Program-made: the position numbers and the translations under genes
Shown: positions 27,621 through 37,749 of the stretch, in pieces
Numbering within the stretch: the first letter of the stretch is position 1
Layout: the number at the start of each line of letters is the position of its first letter
IMG/VR virus record: IMGVR_UViG_3300046010_005562
Origin: a virus
Direction: 5' to 3' (one strand)
DNA length: 64,000 nt
The notes under the pieces: generated by a model
The model's database searches: none
Seen by the model: only the letters and a program-made list of their open reading frames with translations
Told to the model about the DNA's origin: nothing

Positions 27621-29606
27621 ATGAAAAGTTTTAAAAATTTCATTAAAGAAAGTGAAAAAAATGAATCATTTAAACAAGATGATAAAGGAAGATGGGTTAT
27701 TGCACCTAATCTTAATTATGGTAACAAAAAAAGACCATTTAAACAAGATGATAAAGGAAGATGGGTTATTCCACCTAATCTTAATTATGGTAACAAAAGA
27801 GATAAACTAAAAGAATCAATTTTATTTGAAATTTACCATACACCAACAGAAGAAAATGAGTTACATTACTCAAACTCAGATAATTATACTCCAATGAATG
27901 ATGCATTAAATAATTATCACAATGATGCTAGTAGTAATTGGAATAGTGATGATTATTCTAATATTAGAAAATATACTGAAGGAAGTTCATCTATAGCTGA
28001 TATTTTGCATCAGTTCCACAATGGAGAAGCTTCTAAATCTGATATAGATTATAAGAGAGATCATATAAATGGGCTTGATAGTGCTCTTAATCGTGCTAAA
28101 CCAGCACCATTTGACTATCATGTATATCATGGTATTAAATTTAATCCACAAGATTTATTTGATAAACAAGATGAAAGTCAAAGATCTTCTTCTGGTAAAA
28201 TTAGTGCTAGATTACAAGGATCTTCTGATGATAGTGCAGTAATGCATCTTCCTGCATATACTTCAACATCATTGAATGCTAAAGTAGCAAAAAACTTTTC
28301 TGAGCCAGATAGAAATAATGTAAATCATATTTTAAAATTTCGTATTCCAATGGGATCTACTCATGGTGCTCATATTGATGAACATTCTGAATATGGAATA
28401 CACTCCTATACTGATTCTGAATATGAAACATTATTAAAACGTGGAACTAATTTTAAGATGAGTAAAACTCCAGAAATAATAGGAAATACTCATATTTGGC
28501 ATTGTGAAATTTTAGGACAAGATCCTAAAGATGTTAATCCTAAAATTTCTAGATATGCTTCTGAGGAAGAATTACATAATTTAAGTAAATCGGAAGATCC
28601 TGAAATTCGTTCTGAAGTAGCTGCACATACAAATACTTCAGGAGATACATTACATAGAATGGCTATGGATAAAAGTAACAATAAACCTACATTACAAAAT
28701 ATAGCATTAAATTTAAATACAAAAACTCATACATTAAATCATTTATCCGATATTGGTGATGATGATATTAATAAAAATATTGTACATCATCCTAATATTG
28801 ATTCTCATACTTTGAATAAATTAGCTACTCCAAGTTCATCAGCACCACTATTACAAAGAATATCCGAACATCCAAAAACAAATTTATCAACATTGAATGA
28901 TATTTATAATCACTCTTTACATAGATTGGGAGTGGCTTCTTCTTTGGCTACAAATAAAAATTCTGATGATGAATTGTTACATAAAATAGCTTTAAATACA
29001 GGAAAAGCAACTCATGATGCGTTAATTGGTAATAAGAACACCTCTAATAAAACTTTACATCATATATTAGATAATTCGGAAGATTATCCTAGAGATAATT
29101 ATGATGGTTATAATCCTGGTCTATTAGACCATCAAAATGCAGATTCTTCTTTAATTCATAAATTAGTTGATAAAAATAAAAATAGTTCAGATTATACTTA
29201 CCATGATCATGTCTTGCCTTACTTAGTATCTAGTAAACATGCTGATAATTCTTTATTACATAAAGTTGCTTCTTTCAAAGATTTACGTCCTTCTACTATG
29301 AATAACATAGCTATTCATAACAAGGCAGATGATAATTTAAGAGAAAAAATGTACGAACGCTCTAAACATTCACCAATGGCGTCTTTTATTCGCGATAATT
29401 TTAGATCAAAATTATTATTATCAGATAACACTCATACAAATTTACTTCATAAAATGGTAACTGATGATCCTAATTACGCAAAAGAATATTCTTCTTTATT
29501 TTTAAAACATAAAAATGCTGATGATGAATTAAAAAATCGTATAAAAGAATTAAATAAACCTATTAATCCAACTAAAGATATAAACAAATCTGATTTAAAT
29601 TTTTAA
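27621..29606 (+). CDS. Alt-like ADP-ribosyltransferase with capsid-targeting-like N-terminus and C-terminal LRV/HEAT-like repeats
   Basis: MKSFKNFIKE N-terminus; YT...LDSAL...VYHG...YTSTS...EYETLLKRG; repeats such as LHNLSKSEDPEIRSEVAAHTNT. Confidence 0.8.
   Translation: MKSFKNFIKESEKNESFKQDDKGRWVIAPNLNYGNKKRPFKQDDKGRWVIPPNLNYGNKRDKLKESILFEIYHTPTEENELHYSNSDNYTPMNDALNNYHNDASSNWNSDDYSNIRKYTEGSSSIADILHQFHNGEASKSDIDYKRDHINGLDSALNRAKPAPFDYHVYHGIKFNPQDLFDKQDESQRSSSGKISARLQGSSDDSAVMHLPAYTSTSLNAKVAKNFSEPDRNNVNHILKFRIPMGSTHGAHIDEHSEYGIHSYTDSEYETLLKRGTNFKMSKTPEIIGNTHIWHCEILGQDPKDVNPKISRYASEEELHNLSKSEDPEIRSEVAAHTNTSGDTLHRMAMDKSNNKPTLQNIALNLNTKTHTLNHLSDIGDDDINKNIVHHPNIDSHTLNKLATPSSSAPLLQRISEHPKTNLSTLNDIYNHSLHRLGVASSLATNKNSDDELLHKIALNTGKATHDALIGNKNTSNKTLHHILDNSEDYPRDNYDGYNPGLLDHQNADSSLIHKLVDKNKNSSDYTYHDHVLPYLVSSKHADNSLLHKVASFKDLRPSTMNNIAIHNKADDNLREKMYERSKHSPMASFIRDNFRSKLLLSDNTHTNLLHKMVTDDPNYAKEYSSLFLKHKNADDELKNRIKELNKPINPTKDINKSDLNF
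27667..27798 (+). repeat. Near-perfect tandem duplication, 69-bp period (FKQDDKGRWVIxPNLNYGNK)
   Basis: Copies start at 27667 and 27736. Confidence 0.9.
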
Positions 29607-29646
29607 CCTTATTAAATAAACCTAATTTAAACTTTTATTAGATAAT

Positions 29647-29675
29647 AAAAAAGGGGGCTTTCGCCCCCTTATTTT
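29647..29675. terminator. Bidirectional terminator between convergent genes
   Basis: aagggggc-tttc-gccccctt flanked by A and T runs. Confidence 0.85.
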
Positions 29676-30495
29676 ATACTTTTTTAGCTTTCCATCCTTT
29701 ATGAGTTCCCCTAGAAAGATTTCCTTGATCTAAATCATTCTCACTACAAAATTTTCTTAAATTTTCTATCTCTATAACTTTTCCTTCTGGAGATGTTACA
29801 ATCCATTTCTTAGATAAAGCTTTAGCAACAGAGTATTTTTGAGATTGAGGTTGTTTAAATCCTGTTTTACCTTTATTCCAAGGTTCATTTCCCAATCCTT
29901 TTCCTTTTCTATTCTCAGACATTTTTAATAAAGTTTCTTCAGAGTATACATTATCTTTTCCTTTATTCCAAGGTTCTTTTCCTTTATTTACTCCCTTAAT
30001 CTTTTCAGATATTATTTTTTTGTTTTCTTCTGAATGTTTAAACGATACTCCATATCTTGGGTTGTTTTCTCCAGTATACTTCTTAGATAATTCTTCTTTC
30101 CAGCTAATTCCATCTGGAGTTTCAAAATATTGTTTTCTGGATTTTGATATATTTTGTTTATGTTCTTCTGTTAGGAATTCTAATCTTACTCCACTACCAC
30201 CTTTAGAAATATTATATCCTATATTAGTGGAATCATATTCAGAAATATAAAAAATCTCTGTTTCATCAACTTTACACTTTTCTATCTCACATATCAATTC
30301 ATATCTCCATTTTGATGGAGGATATTTATTAAAAGCTTCATATAATTTTCTACAAGTATTGTTTTTTGATTTGGATTTATTATATCTATTCCATGCTTTA
30401 ATATGTTGATCCCATCTTTTTTCTAAAGTATTTTTAGTTTGTCCTATGTATACTTTATTAGATGGTGAAATTAATTTGTATATTATATGGTTCAT
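29674..30495 (-). mobile_element. GIY-YIG (Seg-like) homing endonuclease with NUMOD-type repeats
   Basis: IIYKL..VYIGQT...R, conserved E and GYN; repeated PWNKGK; own AGGAG RBS and late promoter. Confidence 0.9.
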
Positions 30496-30523
30496 AATTA
30501 AAACTCCTATGTGCAACTATATG

Positions 30524-30531
30524 TATTTATA
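30524..30531 (-). promoter_or_regulatory. Late promoter TATAAATA for the GIY-YIG gene
   Basis: Exact consensus immediately after the gp23 terminator. Confidence 0.75.
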
Positions 30532-30532
30532 T

Positions 30533-30562
30533 AAAAAGAAAAGGGTCCGAAGACCCTTTTCT
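30533..30562 (-). terminator. gp23 terminator with UUCG tetraloop
   Basis: AGAAAAGGGUC-UUCG-GACCCUUUUCU-UUUU. Confidence 0.9.
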
Positions 30563-30601
30563 AATTTTCTATTGAAAAACTTCAATAAAATCAAGAACTT
30601 A

Positions 30602-31891
30602 TCACATGAGATTTTTTACTGTGAAAATTCTGTAGTAAACGTTGCTACGAGGATTAAGAGCACCACCACCCTGAGTAAGACCTTCAGCAAATGGGTTTGC
30701 TACCATTCCGTAACGAGTCTTGAAGCCGATCTTAGGTTGGAAAGTACCAGGATCAACTGCACGAACCATTTGTAGAGGAACGTATGGGCAATAGAATAGA
30801 CCAGCATCATAAGGAGAAGTACCCTTATAACCAACGGTAACAAGTTCGGTATTAGAAGCCATACCACCGAAGTAAGGATCGATGTAAACTTTAATACGAC
30901 CATGTAGCATACCACAGAAGGTATTACCAGTATCGTCTACTTGAAGATCTGCTGAAAGAGCAGGAGTGTAAGTTAATACACCAGCCATTGCAAGAGCAGA
31001 AGCAACGTCAGAAGAAACGATAAGGATATTACCTTTCCCTCTACGAGTATTCTTTGCAATAGCATTGGCTTCACGTTCGATATGATAGATAAGACCTTTG
31101 AATCTTTCTACTGACCAACGACCGTTAGAATCGGTATCTAGGTCAAATACACCAGGAGTTACTGTACCCCATTGAGCACCAGCCTGAGCAACGGTGTAAA
31201 TGGTACGGATAACTTCACGGTTAATTTCAGAAAGAATTTCTGTAGAAAGAATATTGCTAAGTTCAGTTTCTGCATCAAGACCATGAATCGCTTTTAAGTC
31301 TTGTGCTAGTTCTAGTGAATACTCAGCTTTAAGAGCACGAGTGTTCGCAGTAACAGTAACTTTATCAATGGTTAATCCCATTTGTTGGAATGTTCCAGTG
31401 TCTAGTTGTTCGCCAGCAGAAGTTGTTAGACCTTTACCAGTTGTGAACAATCCAGAGTTAGCAACATTAGAAACTGGATTATTAGAAGTATCAGTAGATA
31501 CTGAAGTTCCAACGATACCAGAGAAAATGGTATTAGCTTCATTGTAGAATGCTTCTGCGTTTGCTCCCTGTCCATTGTAACGTGAACGTAGTGCGAAGAT
31601 AAGTCCAGTAGGACCAGTCATTGGCTGAACGCCAGCAACATCATACGCAATTAGGTTAGGAAGTGAACGTCTTACCAAACTAATTAAGATTGGATCGAAG
31701 TTAGAAATACCACCAGCTACGTTAGTAGGAGCAGTTTCGTTAAGTGCCATACGATCAGCATCCATTGCTCTTTGCTGATTTTCAAGAACCATAGCGGTTA
31801 CTGCTTTCTTATACGGATCTTTAATAGCTTCCAATTCTGGATGATCCAAAATTGGAGACCATTTGTTCATTACTTGTTCTTCTAAGTACAT
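30602..31891 (-). CDS. 23: gp23 major capsid protein
   Basis: KWSPIL, GVQPMTGPTGLIFALR, RALKAEYS.ELAQDLKAIHGLDAE, FQPKIGFKTRYG. Confidence 0.98.
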   Translation of the reverse strand: MYLEEQVMNKWSPILDHPELEAIKDPYKKAVTAMVLENQQRAMDADRMALNETAPTNVAGGISNFDPILISLVRRSLPNLIAYDVAGVQPMTGPTGLIFALRSRYNGQGANAEAFYNEANTIFSGIVGTSVSTDTSNNPVSNVANSGLFTTGKGLTTSAGEQLDTGTFQQMGLTIDKVTVTANTRALKAEYSLELAQDLKAIHGLDAETELSNILSTEILSEINREVIRTIYTVAQAGAQWGTVTPGVFDLDTDSNGRWSVERFKGLIYHIEREANAIAKNTRRGKGNILIVSSDVASALAMAGVLTYTPALSADLQVDDTGNTFCGMLHGRIKVYIDPYFGGMASNTELVTVGYKGTSPYDAGLFYCPYVPLQMVRAVDPGTFQPKIGFKTRYGMVANPFAEGLTQGGGALNPRSNVYYRIFTVKNLM

Positions 31892-31921
31892 TTTAGGATT
31901 CTCCTTGATTTTAATATTATT

Positions 31922-33409
31922 TTATTTTGAAATTGTTTTTGTAATAGATCTAGCTACCTGCTCAATGAAAGGATCAACATACTTAGTTGAAACACTTTCT
32001 TCAGATAAGTTTACTGGCTCTTCAAAAGCTTCTAAACTAGCTGGACGAATATTACTTGGATAATAACTTTCCTTTAGGGTTTCTAAAGATTCGGTGAATT
32101 CTTCCTCTGTGGTGAATTCTACATTCTTAGCAAGAGATTTAATTTTCTCAACTTGAGAAAGAGTTAAACCTTCACATACTGTATGAATTACTTCATTCTT
32201 TTTGTGTTCTGATATTTTCTTCTTTAAAGAAATATTCTTCTCAATTTGTGAATTAACTTGTTCTTCTAGTTCATCAACTTTAGTAACTAGTTCATCCACA
32301 AGATTAACTTTCTCATCAGGAATATCAATATAATGTTCAACAAAAACTCCTTTTAGAGCATTGATGAAATCTTCAGCAATTTCGGTTCTTAAACCTTTTT
32401 CGATTGCTAATTTGTTTTCTTCCATCCAGTTTTCTACAACGTAGTCTAGATAGGAATCTAATTTATCTGCAAAATCTTCCTTAACAGATTCAACAGCTTC
32501 TTCAAATTCTCTTAAATAAGATTCTTGTAATTCAGAAGAGATTTCTTCTACTCTTGCTTCAACAGCAGTTTCGAAAATAGCAGATGCTTTAACTTTGAAA
32601 TCTTCAGAAAGAGATTCACCAGAGAATAGTGCATCTAAATCTTCTTTGTTCATAAGCTTGTTGGTAGCTTTTTCAATTCCTTGGACTCTTTTTCCTGCTT
32701 TAGTAGCAAATTTTGATTCTTGACTATTTGGATCTTGTCCATGATACATCGCTCTATGCATACCAGAACGTTTAGCCTTATCGAAAGTGTCTAAAGATGC
32801 CTTTTTAATATAAGAACCTAAAGTAGACTTAGAAACTTCATCAAGATCTTCTACTTCTTCAGAAATCTGAGTAGCAGCATCTTCTTTAGAAAGACCATAC
32901 TTATCTTCAAATTCTTCTTCAGAAAGTTCATCAAGATCTTCCATAACTTCTTCTACTGAAGCTTCTTCTAATTCATCTTCATCTTCGTATTCTTCTTCTT
33001 CCTCACCTTCTACACAACATTCTGCCCCTTTATTAGCAGTCATAGTGCTTTTTGCTTTCTTAGCAGCAACACGATTTGCAATTGCATCTACAGATTGTTC
33101 ATCTTCTTGATCAGTTTCAGAAGCATTTTTCAAATCAGCACGACCAGCATTATCTCCTGGTTGAGTTGCTAATTTCTTCATTGCTTCTGCTCCAACTGGA
33201 GGTTTAGCTCCTGGAGGTGTAGCGGTTGGTACGCCTTTAGTATAAGAAGGATTTTCATCATTAGTTTTGGTAGGACCACTTCCTACTTCAACACTACCCT
33301 GCTCATCGGCAGATAATTTTTTTCCTAGACCAAAAGACTCCCCACCAGCAGACTTAACGCTTTTGGTAAGAATTTCTTTTGCAGCTTCAGACAAATTTAA
33401 CTTTGACAT
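31922..33409 (-). CDS. 22: gp22 prohead core scaffold protein
   Basis: LSEDFK.KA.AIFE, YLDYVVENWM.EN.LAIE.GLR. Confidence 0.92.
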   Translation of the reverse strand: MSKLNLSEAAKEILTKSVKSAGGESFGLGKKLSADEQGSVEVGSGPTKTNDENPSYTKGVPTATPPGAKPPVGAEAMKKLATQPGDNAGRADLKNASETDQEDEQSVDAIANRVAAKKAKSTMTANKGAECCVEGEEEEEYEDEDELEEASVEEVMEDLDELSEEEFEDKYGLSKEDAATQISEEVEDLDEVSKSTLGSYIKKASLDTFDKAKRSGMHRAMYHGQDPNSQESKFATKAGKRVQGIEKATNKLMNKEDLDALFSGESLSEDFKVKASAIFETAVEARVEEISSELQESYLREFEEAVESVKEDFADKLDSYLDYVVENWMEENKLAIEKGLRTEIAEDFINALKGVFVEHYIDIPDEKVNLVDELVTKVDELEEQVNSQIEKNISLKKKISEHKKNEVIHTVCEGLTLSQVEKIKSLAKNVEFTTEEEFTESLETLKESYYPSNIRPASLEAFEEPVNLSEESVSTKYVDPFIEQVARSITKTISK

Positions 33410-33440
33410 TATTTTCTCCTAATTAATATTTTTATATAGT

Positions 33441-33448
33441 TATTTATA
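33441..33448 (-). promoter_or_regulatory. Late promoter TATAAATA for gp22/gp23
   Basis: Exact consensus in intergenic DNA. Confidence 0.8.
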
Positions 33449-33472
33449 AAAAACAAATTTTTAAATGTATTT

Positions 33473-34123
33473 TTATAGTCTTTTGATATAATTTTCGAAA
33501 ATGGTCAGAGCCACTTTCTCAATATCTTTTTGTGAAGTTTTCTTAATGATATCTCTTGCTTGTTCTCTATATTGTTGAACCCATCCCTGACCATCAACAA
33601 AAACCCAATCAACATCTTCATATATACCTTCAACATAACATGATATTCCGCTAGGAGATAATACTGCATCCACACAGGAAATCACAAAATCGTCTTGAAC
33701 TATTTTAATACCATTTTCTCCTTCCTTGAGAGATCCTAATGCTCTTGAAGAACATCCAAAAGAAACTCCTCCTGATATTAACGCTTGAAGCTCTTTTCCA
33801 GATGCGGTATCTAGTACTTTAGCTTTGCCCAAAACGTCATTTCCATTAAATTTTAATTCTGTAATTAAATGGGAAATTTTATTTTCTGAAATTTTAGGGG
33901 AATCTTCATGCCCTAAAGTTCCAACTGCTCTATTTCTATTCACTAATTCTTCTATATACTTTTTGACTGCTTTTTCCATAACAGGCATTGGATATAATCT
34001 TCCATTTCGATTTGCAGTTTCAGCTTGCATAAACGGACCACAAATATAATAACATTGTTGTCCTGTTTTAGTAGCTTCTGTTAGGATTTCAAAATCCTCT
34101 ATATCTTCTCTTAACAGTTTCAT
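33473..34123 (-). CDS. 21: gp21 prohead protease
   Basis: NRNGRLYP, LGH, SSRALGS, DAV..PS. Confidence 0.95.
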   Translation of the reverse strand: MKLLREDIEDFEILTEATKTGQQCYYICGPFMQAETANRNGRLYPMPVMEKAVKKYIEELVNRNRAVGTLGHEDSPKISENKISHLITELKFNGNDVLGKAKVLDTASGKELQALISGGVSFGCSSRALGSLKEGENGIKIVQDDFVISCVDAVLSPSGISCYVEGIYEDVDWVFVDGQGWVQQYREQARDIIKKTSQKDIEKVALTIFENYIKRL

Positions 34124-34155
34124 TTTACTTTACCTTAGTTTTTATAAAAATCTTT

Positions 34156-34428
34156 TTATTCTTCTGGAAGTTCAAAATTATAAGTGTTTTTAGCAATATC
34201 TACTTTTAATGCTTGAAGTTCTGCAGTAATTTTTTGGTGCAGAGTTTTTGCGATCTCTGCTCCCATTTCATTAACCTTATTATCAGATGCATACCCAATA
34301 GCGTTTTTTAAATTATCATTCATATAAAATTCCTTTAATTTTTTCTTTTTATTTGGCTTTTCTTGTGGTTGTATAGCCAAATGTTTAATAATAAAATTCT
34401 GTTGATCTTTTGATTCCCAATCTTCCAT
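34156..34428 (-). CDS. gp67-like small prohead core protein (probable start 34323)
   Basis: MNDNLKNAI..A...K......I...L..KI...L...K..IA pattern; AAGGA before ATG 34323. Confidence 0.5.
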   Translation of the reverse strand: MEDWESKDQQNFIIKHLAIQPQEKPNKKKKLKEFYMNDNLKNAIGYASDNKVNEMGAEIAKTLHQKITAELQALKVDIAKNTYNFELPEE

Positions 34429-34937
34429 TATGGAGTAACTCCATATCTCCCATAGTTGAATGCAGATGGTTCAATTAATTGTCCAGAATCATAGTAATTA
34501 TTATCTTTATGGAGTTCAATTATAATAGAATATGATGCATTAGCTGCTGCATTATAAGAAGTTATCCCTATATTTCCATTTACATTAGCTCCAGAAATAG
34601 GATTGCTAATAGCAAGCCAATTACCTGCTGAATTATATTCTCCTCGACCACTCATAGTTATAATTGGATATGTATTATCACCACTCCAACTTAAAGTTAA
34701 ATGTCCATTAGGAATGCTAACATCATACCATACTCTATATACAGATAATCCATAATAAGGTTTAGCTGTATTTCCAGAAATTAATAAATTATTATTTGCA
34801 TCTAACGGTCTATATAAAGTATTAGCCGCAATTCTTGCAACATTTGATTCATTAGTGGTATTTGTAAATTCACCTGTTAATTTAATAACAGTTTGTTTTG
34901 TAGAATCTTTTATTATTTGATATGTATATGTTGACAT
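34428..34937 (-). CDS. Hypothetical virion protein
   Basis: Located in the head module; Asn-rich, beta-rich. Confidence 0.6.
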   Translation of the reverse strand: MSTYTYQIIKDSTKQTVIKLTGEFTNTTNESNVARIAANTLYRPLDANNNLLISGNTAKPYYGLSVYRVWYDVSIPNGHLTLSWSGDNTYPIITMSGRGEYNSAGNWLAISNPISGANVNGNIGITSYNAAANASYSIIIELHKDNNYYDSGQLIEPSAFNYGRYGVTP

Positions 34938-34939
34938 AT

Positions 34940-35317
34940 TTATTCCTTATTATTAACAGCAATCTCTAAAACTTCAAGAAAATTATCTGAACTTTCTAAA
35001 ATATACTGTTCTAGTATTTCTTTTTCTTCAATATTTATGTTATTTAAATATTCTAATACTAAATTAGAACATTCTTTATTGATATTTAATTTAGTATCAT
35101 CGTTAAATGATATTTCAGTAACATCTTCATCAAAATTCTCCAACATACTTAGAAAATCTTCTGATTGTAGTTGTTGTTTATCATCCAATGTTACTGTGAA
35201 ATATTTTTTAAGTTTATCTGCATAATATAAAGCAACTTTAGGTCCATTTGAAAATTGCGAAATGGATTTTCTTTGAAGAATTAAAGTACCTGGAAAATCT
35301 CTCACTCTAGATTTCAT
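34940..35317 (-). CDS. Hypothetical head-module protein
   Basis: LILQRKSI.QF..G.KVALYY pattern; TAATG coupling. Confidence 0.6.
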   Translation of the reverse strand: MKSRVRDFPGTLILQRKSISQFSNGPKVALYYADKLKKYFTVTLDDKQQLQSEDFLSMLENFDEDVTEISFNDDTKLNINKECSNLVLEYLNNINIEEKEILEQYILESSDNFLEVLEIAVNNKE

Positions 35318-36048
35318 TATTGACTCCAACCAAATATACGAGCAATAACATGTTTTGGATGACCATATTGTTTTTTAAATTCTCCAGATGGTAGTTGATA
35401 ATAATGCTTTTTTAATGTCATTATAGAAAGAGCCTCATTAATCTCTTCATCTTCTTTCATTGCTTTCTTTCTTATAGTAGCAAAATAGATAGATTTTCCT
35501 TTTTCAGGACCATATTGGTCAATCATCTTCTGTTTCATATCAGAAGAATCGTATTTAAGTTTTAACTTCTTTTCTTTTGATTTTTCTGAAGAAGTCATTT
35601 TCATTTCGGATAAAGATTCTTCTAATTTTGAAAATTTAGAATTCTTTGAAGATTCTGGATTTGTGTGATACCATTTCTTTTTAGTCCCATCAAATTTCAT
35701 ACCTTCAGCTTTGGCTTCTTCTTTTTGTTTAAAAGGTACATTATGATATATTTTTGGCATTGGTGGAGCTTCATATGGGTTATTTTGTCCATACTTAGGT
35801 TTACGCAATCTTGGATTTTCTACACCCCAACCTTCATCATCAAAATCTACATCTCTATTATATCTAGATTCAACAAGTTTTACTTCATGTGCTTCAGATT
35901 CTCCCATGAAGTCTTCAGCAACTTTTTTCTTCTTTTCGGCTATTTTATCTTTAATTTTATTTTTCATAACATCAGAAATATCACAAGACATTTCTGAAAT
36001 TTTATTTTGTAAAGCAAAATTAATTGCTGATGTTAACTTTTCTTTCAT
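35317..36048 (-). CDS. gp67-like prohead core protein extended with DUF5710-like and other modules
   Basis: gp67-like N-terminal helix directly after portal; internal NVPFKQKEEAKAEGMKFDGTKKKWY. Confidence 0.6.
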   Translation of the reverse strand: MKEKLTSAINFALQNKISEMSCDISDVMKNKIKDKIAEKKKKVAEDFMGESEAHEVKLVESRYNRDVDFDDEGWGVENPRLRKPKYGQNNPYEAPPMPKIYHNVPFKQKEEAKAEGMKFDGTKKKWYHTNPESSKNSKFSKLEESLSEMKMTSSEKSKEKKLKLKYDSSDMKQKMIDQYGPEKGKSIYFATIRKKAMKEDEEINEALSIMTLKKHYYQLPSGEFKKQYGHPKHVIARIFGWSQ

Positions 36049-36062
36049 GAGTTCCTCTTAAA

Positions 36063-37718
36063 TTATCTTTGTTGGTATGGATTATATGGATTTACTAAGG
36101 CTTGTTTAGGTTCTGCTCCAGATATTCCAGAACCATCGCCAGTTTCAGGTTCATTTTGTTGTTGTTGTTGTTGTTCCTGATCTATCTGATCTCCTTGTTC
36201 GCCCATAGCTAATTGTTGTTTTTGCATTTCTATTTCTAATTCTTCAGAGATTTCTTGTTCCATCTTTTCAATATCTTCATCATTAAGTCTTAGAATATGT
36301 CTTTGAACCCAATTCTTAGAATAATATTTACCTACATAAGGATCAATAATTTGCAATAACCCCATTCTTTCTTGCATTATTTCTGCTTCTTTTAATTCTG
36401 CAAAGTTATTATCCTTTATAAAATCAAAAAATACATGTTCTTTAAATTCATTCCATTCTTCTTCAGTACAAATTCCTTTTAATACTAATTGAACTCTTAA
36501 TGCCTGATCAAATAGTTCAGAAAATTTATTTCTTAATTTATCTATAAATTTAGCAAATTTTAATTCATCTCTTGTTATTTCAGAAGTTCTTCCAATACTA
36601 AATGCTTGTTGTGGATCTAATCTAGTAACAGGGACATTCAATGCTTTGTATAACTTCTTTTCAAAATATTCAACCATAGACATATCATTAAAAGAATCTG
36701 AAGATTCTAATGTTTGTATTTCTGTTCCTTTTCCACCTTCTCTTCTAGGCATCCAAAAATCTTCAAGCATAGATAAATGCTTTCTATCATCTCTAACTTC
36801 ACCAGTACTTGCATCATAAACCAATTTATTTTTATATTTGGTCATAATGTCACGAATATACTGTTCAGCCTTTATCTTAGGAAGATTCCCTACATCAACA
36901 TAAAAAATTCTTCTTTGTGGTGCTCTAGATATTTTATAAATTACAGAAGCATCTTCCATCATTCTTAATTGGTTCAAAGGCTTAATAGCTTTATGAACAT
37001 AACTAAGAACCATAGATCTTCTAGTATCCATCAATCCTGAATTTATACTAATAATAGAATCTGGAGCTATTTTAATTCCTATAGGACCATATGTAGAAGA
37101 TGATGTTTTTTCAGATAATTTATCATTATATAAGAAAAACTCATTAACACCTACTATAACTTCTACTCCAGTTACCTCATCTTTCTTTTTCTTTATTTCT
37201 CTTACTTTTTTGATCTTTCTAGGATCAATATATCTTAATTCTTGAATTCCTTTTTGAGGATTATTAATATCTATAAGAATATGATAATTCAATCTCCCAT
37301 CAACATAAAATCTTCTAAATATATCAGAAGCCATGTTATTATAATTTAAAAGTCTCAAGATATTATGGAATTCATCCTCTATGGCTTTTTTAATTTTATC
37401 AGATTGTTTTAAATCGTCCAAAACTATTTTTGTAATTAAACCATCATCGTCTTGAACTATTGCTTCATTAACAACATCTTCAATAGCACTATCAACTTCA
37501 GGTTGAAGGCTCATCTCACGATATCTAATTATTAATTCAACTTCATTTTTAGCAGAGCCATCAACATCGATGGCTGTTCCGAAAAATGCAGAAGAAGATA
37601 TAGTAAGAGAACCATCATCGTTTGTTGGTGGAGCAAACGATTGCTCTACTTGTACTTTATCTTCTTCCTTTTTTCCAATTTTGAAGCCAAATAAACTAAA
37701 TCTGCTTTTATCTGCCAT
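36063..37718 (-). CDS. 20: gp20 portal protein
   Basis: YVDGR, KAIKPLNQLRMMED, RAPQRRIFYVDVGNLPK, EDFWMPRREG. Confidence 0.97.
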   Translation of the reverse strand: MADKSRFSLFGFKIGKKEEDKVQVEQSFAPPTNDDGSLTISSSAFFGTAIDVDGSAKNEVELIIRYREMSLQPEVDSAIEDVVNEAIVQDDDGLITKIVLDDLKQSDKIKKAIEDEFHNILRLLNYNNMASDIFRRFYVDGRLNYHILIDINNPQKGIQELRYIDPRKIKKVREIKKKKDEVTGVEVIVGVNEFFLYNDKLSEKTSSSTYGPIGIKIAPDSIISINSGLMDTRRSMVLSYVHKAIKPLNQLRMMEDASVIYKISRAPQRRIFYVDVGNLPKIKAEQYIRDIMTKYKNKLVYDASTGEVRDDRKHLSMLEDFWMPRREGGKGTEIQTLESSDSFNDMSMVEYFEKKLYKALNVPVTRLDPQQAFSIGRTSEITRDELKFAKFIDKLRNKFSELFDQALRVQLVLKGICTEEEWNEFKEHVFFDFIKDNNFAELKEAEIMQERMGLLQIIDPYVGKYYSKNWVQRHILRLNDEDIEKMEQEISEELEIEMQKQQLAMGEQGDQIDQEQQQQQQNEPETGDGSGISGAEPKQALVNPYNPYQQR

Positions 37719-37749
37719 TATTGTCTCCAATCATACTATATATTTTTAT

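Noticed and set aside
30589-30601. IHF consensus AATCAAGAACTTA after gp23
   Set aside because: Several chance matches are expected in 64 kb of such AT-rich DNA, and there is no supporting context.
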